This document shows positions 63,601 to 64,000 of a stretch of 64,000 nucleotides of DNA, piece after piece. Each line of letters starts with the position of its first letter. Positions within the stretch are counted from its first letter, which is position 1. The notes under the pieces were generated by a model. That model worked only from the letters and a program-made list of their open reading frames with translations. It was not told where the DNA came from and did not search any database. A program made the translations under genes and the position numbers. The DNA is from Mobula hypostoma (lineage: Eukaryota): the NCBI RefSeq assembly GCF_963921235.1, contig NC_086118.1:17548001-17612000 (forward strand), read 5' to 3'.

Positions 63601-63768
63601 GTAGGTCCTGTTTGGGTTTGTTCTGTCACCAGACTGTCCTTGTCATTTAGATAAACCTTTGTTTTCAGACTTATCCCTGCATGGCATCTTGTGGAAGGTG
63701 CTGAAGGTAACAAGTTCAACACACAAGACTTGATAAGCTCTTTGTTAAAGAACCTTGAATTGGAAAAG
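21285..63768 (+). CDS. ELAC2: Zinc phosphodiesterase ELAC2 / tRNase Z long form; exons 1-20, gene continues beyond the window
   Basis: 20 GT-AG exons in consistent phase give 2010 nt / 670 codons without a stop. Motifs [39 protein letters not shown] and SHMHADHH are recognisably orthologous to vertebrate ELAC2. Confidence 0.97.
21378..21437 (+). repeat. Perfect 30-bp tandem duplication inside ELAC2 exon 1 ([10 protein letters not shown] x2)
   Basis: CGGCCGCTCAGCATGTCCCTCAGCCCGGCC at 21378-21407 and 21408-21437. Confidence 0.95.
22190..23200 (-). mobile_element. Decayed Tx1/L1-like LINE fragment
   Basis: Minus translation near 22320-22400 ([25 protein letters not shown]) resembles Tx1-type ORF2 C-termini. 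Confidence 0.5.
23915..23949 (-). ncRNA. Minimal hammerhead ribozyme motif (antisense to ELAC2)
   Basis: Minus strand GTC-CTGACGA-AGGGTCTCGGCCT-GAAAC-GTC-GACT; intact core. Confidence 0.8.
23955..23989 (+). ncRNA. Minimal hammerhead ribozyme motif, sense in ELAC2 intron 1
   Basis: GTC-CTGATGA-AGG GTCTCGG CCT-GAAAC-GTC-GAC: intact core, stem I GTC/GAC, stem II AGG/CCT, palindromic ACGT stem III. Confidence 0.8.
24495..25050. repeat. Unclassified diverged repeat, copy 1 (paralog at 51360-52000)
   Basis: Colinear shared blocks, e.g. CACAAAGTGGCTG, GATTTAAAATCA.TATGGGGAATTATA.CTAAATTAGGA, GTGAGTACAC, AATATCCAGAA.AGCAAA, TCTCTGTTTTTGTG. Confidence 0.75.
26355..27830 (-). mobile_element. Tc1-like DNA transposon with long TIRs and a pseudogenised transposase
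   Basis: Inverted repeats ~26360-26550 and ~27670-27830. Frameshifted transposase pieces: [46 protein letters not shown]. Confidence 0.9.
28016..29074 (-). mobile_element. Tigger/pogo-like DNA transposon, internally deleted
   Basis: TA TSD; TIRs CAGGTTTCCCCTGCTATCCGAA / TTCGAAAAGCAGGGGATACCTG. ORF 28518-28745 has a CENP-B/psq-type HTH ([20 protein letters not shown]...LPASTIRTI). Confidence 0.88.
29546..29762. mobile_element. Second palindromic Penelope-derived mini-element with a sense hammerhead motif (29631-29664)
   Basis: 13-bp TSD TACTACTCGATCA (29533-29545 / 29763-29775); inverted arms; GTC-CTGACGA-AGG..CCT-GAAAT-GTC-GAC. Confidence 0.88.
30138..30188 (+). CDS. ELAC2: ELAC2 exon 2
   Basis: [20 protein letters not shown]| ... 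|GTAAG. Confidence 0.96.
30297..30367 (+). CDS. ELAC2: ELAC2 exon 3
   Basis: [26 protein letters not shown]| ... |GTAAG. Confidence 0.96.
30724..30788 (+). CDS. ELAC2: ELAC2 exon 4
   Basis: [25 protein letters not shown]| ... |GTGAG. Confidence 0.96.
32050..32280 (+). mobile_element. Rex1/Babar-like LINE reverse transcriptase fragment
   Basis: [33 protein letters not shown]: degenerate PQG...KFADD RT motifs. Confidence 0.7.
32415..32472 (+). CDS. ELAC2: ELAC2 exon 5
   Basis: [22 protein letters not shown]| ... |GTAGG. Confidence 0.95.
32552..32620 (+). CDS. ELAC2: ELAC2 exon 6
   Basis: [26 protein letters not shown]| ... |GTAAG. Confidence 0.96.
33815..34000 (+). mobile_element. Decayed tRNA-derived SINE
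   Basis: Box-B-like GTTCAATCC followed by a V-SINE-like body (TTGCATGTTCT...GTGACGGTGTG). Confidence 0.5.
34010..34750 (-). repeat. Interspersed non-LTR-type repeat; related copy at ~36410-37200
   Basis: Both start ATCAGAGAA.TGTATGC..TA.AC.....GAAAT.CTT..TCTT.GCA.ACATCCAC.AAA and end GTGCCATCTT. Confidence 0.6.
34930..35280 (-). mobile_element. RTE-clade LINE 3' end
   Basis: [10 protein letters not shown]...[12 protein letters not shown]...[19 protein letters not shown]: typical RTE C-terminus with zinc finger. Confidence 0.8.
35962..36084 (+). CDS. ELAC2: ELAC2 exon 7 (poorly conserved linker)
   Basis: [44 protein letters not shown]| ... CAG|GTAAA; phase 1/1 fits exons 6 and 8. Confidence 0.82.
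37686..37744 (+). CDS. ELAC2: ELAC2 exon 8
   Basis: [23 protein letters not shown]| ... |GTAAG. Confidence 0.95.
38211..38269 (+). CDS. ELAC2: ELAC2 exon 9
   Basis: [20 protein letters not shown] (flexible arm/exosite); CAG| ... |GTAAG. Confidence 0.96.
38500..40310 (+). mobile_element. Decayed CR1-clade LINE ORF2 (endonuclease and RT N-terminus)
   Basis: Frameshifted VLYLDVRTI...[51 protein letters not shown]. Confidence 0.85.
41303..41375 (+). CDS. ELAC2: ELAC2 exon 10
   Basis: [27 protein letters not shown]| ... |GTAAT. Confidence 0.96.
42080..44140. mobile_element. Cluster of decayed CR1 fragments (both strands) with an embedded SINE (~42310-42490)
   Basis: CR1 3' motifs (AGAGTGGTAGGTGCCTGGAA, GGCCGAATGGCCT-like); minus ORF 43698-44036 resembles CR1 RT (HGL...QL..LIPE..). 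Confidence 0.65.
44335..44447 (+). CDS. ELAC2: ELAC2 exon 11
   Basis: [41 protein letters not shown]| ... |GTGAG. Confidence 0.96.
44560..47900 (-). mobile_element. Multiple antisense CR1 3' fragments, including a young copy at ~46880-47130
   Basis: ORF 46818-47171 [20 protein letters not shown]; similar remnants at 44660-45240, 46100-46800 and 47330-47900. Confidence 0.8.
48219..48317 (+). CDS. ELAC2: ELAC2 exon 12
   Basis: [36 protein letters not shown]| ... |GTGAT. Confidence 0.94.
48503..49540 (-). mobile_element. hAT (Charlie/Buster-like) non-autonomous DNA transposon
   Basis: TIRs CAGGGGTCCCCAACC / GGTTGGGGACCACTG; 8-bp TSD GACTGCTG / GACTACTG; dimerisation-domain remnant [29 protein letters not shown]. 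Confidence 0.9.
49995..50930 (+). mobile_element. Decayed CR1 LINE (RT to 3' UTR)
   Basis: [26 protein letters not shown] motifs with frameshifts. Confidence 0.8.
51190..51328 (+). CDS. ELAC2: ELAC2 exon 13
   Basis: [49 protein letters not shown]| ... |GTAGG. Confidence 0.97.
51360..52000. repeat. Unclassified diverged repeat, copy 2
   Basis: Colinear with 24495-25050, same orientation, with a small extra insert at ~51450-51525. Confidence 0.75.
52478..52563 (+). CDS. ELAC2: ELAC2 exon 14
   Basis: [29 protein letters not shown]; an alternative in-frame acceptor lies 6 nt upstream. Confidence 0.93.
54900..55370 (-). mobile_element. CR1 3' fragment
   Basis: ORF 54897-55214: [12 protein letters not shown]...QRVVNLCNS. 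Confidence 0.8.
55780..55901 (+). CDS. ELAC2: ELAC2 exon 15
   Basis: [46 protein letters not shown]| ... |GTAAA. Confidence 0.94.
57476..57600 (+). repeat. ~60-bp tandem duplication within a SINE remnant
   Basis: TAGAGTTTATTCCTGACCT...GTGAAGTTCAACAT.CACCCTGGGACCATAA occurs twice. Confidence 0.85.
58027..58123 (+). CDS. ELAC2: ELAC2 exon 16 (PxKxRN loop)
   Basis: [34 protein letters not shown]| ... |GTGAG. Confidence 0.97.
58607..58745 (+). CDS. ELAC2: ELAC2 exon 17 (motif I and HxHxDH motif II)
   Basis: [49 protein letters not shown]| ... |GTGAG. Confidence 0.98.
59496..59534 (+). CDS. ELAC2: ELAC2 exon 18
   Basis: [16 protein letters not shown]| ... |GTAAG. Confidence 0.95.
62277..62386 (+). 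CDS. ELAC2: ELAC2 exon 19
   Basis: [39 protein letters not shown]| ... |GTGAG. Confidence 0.96.
63669..63768 (+). CDS. ELAC2: ELAC2 exon 20
   Basis: [36 protein letters not shown]| ... |GTAAA. Confidence 0.94.
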
Positions 63769-64000
63769 GTAAAGGTGCTTTTAATTGTGTTAGTTGTTGG
63801 GTGGACTTGGTTCTTCCATTTCTCAAAGAGAGTTAATATAGACAGAAGGGGGCAGATCCTGTGTGACTGTCCACCTGTTGCATTTCTGCAAGTTCTGTTG
63901 AAACAGAAGAAGGCAATTTCTTTCATAAACCATGCAGTATTTTTTTCAAATTCTATAATTCAAACGAGAATGGTGTAGAGCTCAGTTATTGCAGAGACTC

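Overview
Eukaryotic (vertebrate) genomic DNA. The repeat landscape (CR1, Penelope-like, Rex/Babar, Tc1, Gypsy) suggests a cartilaginous fish such as a ray; this is inference. The only host gene is ELAC2 (long-form RNase Z) on the + strand. Twenty GT-AG exons from 21285 to 63768 splice into one uninterrupted 670-codon frame containing the PxKxRN loop, motif I and the HxHxDH motif II; the remaining C-terminal exons lie beyond the window. Upstream (about 7560-21097) is a nested LTR-retrotransposon cluster: an old Mag-like Gypsy interrupted by a Gmr1-like element (integrase before RT; itself carrying an inverted solo LTR) and by an antisense Mag-like Gypsy. The old element's probable 3' LTR ends about 100 bp before the ELAC2 core promoter. 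Several Penelope-like elements carry minimal hammerhead ribozyme motifs, including two short TSD-flanked palindromic ribozyme elements in ELAC2 intron 1. ELAC2 exon 1 has a perfect 30-bp duplication that doubles the downstream in-frame AUG, probably the start of the nuclear isoform. The rest is decayed LINEs, SINEs and DNA transposons. I found no clearly unprecedented system; the ribozyme mini-elements and the exon-1 start-codon architecture are the best leads.
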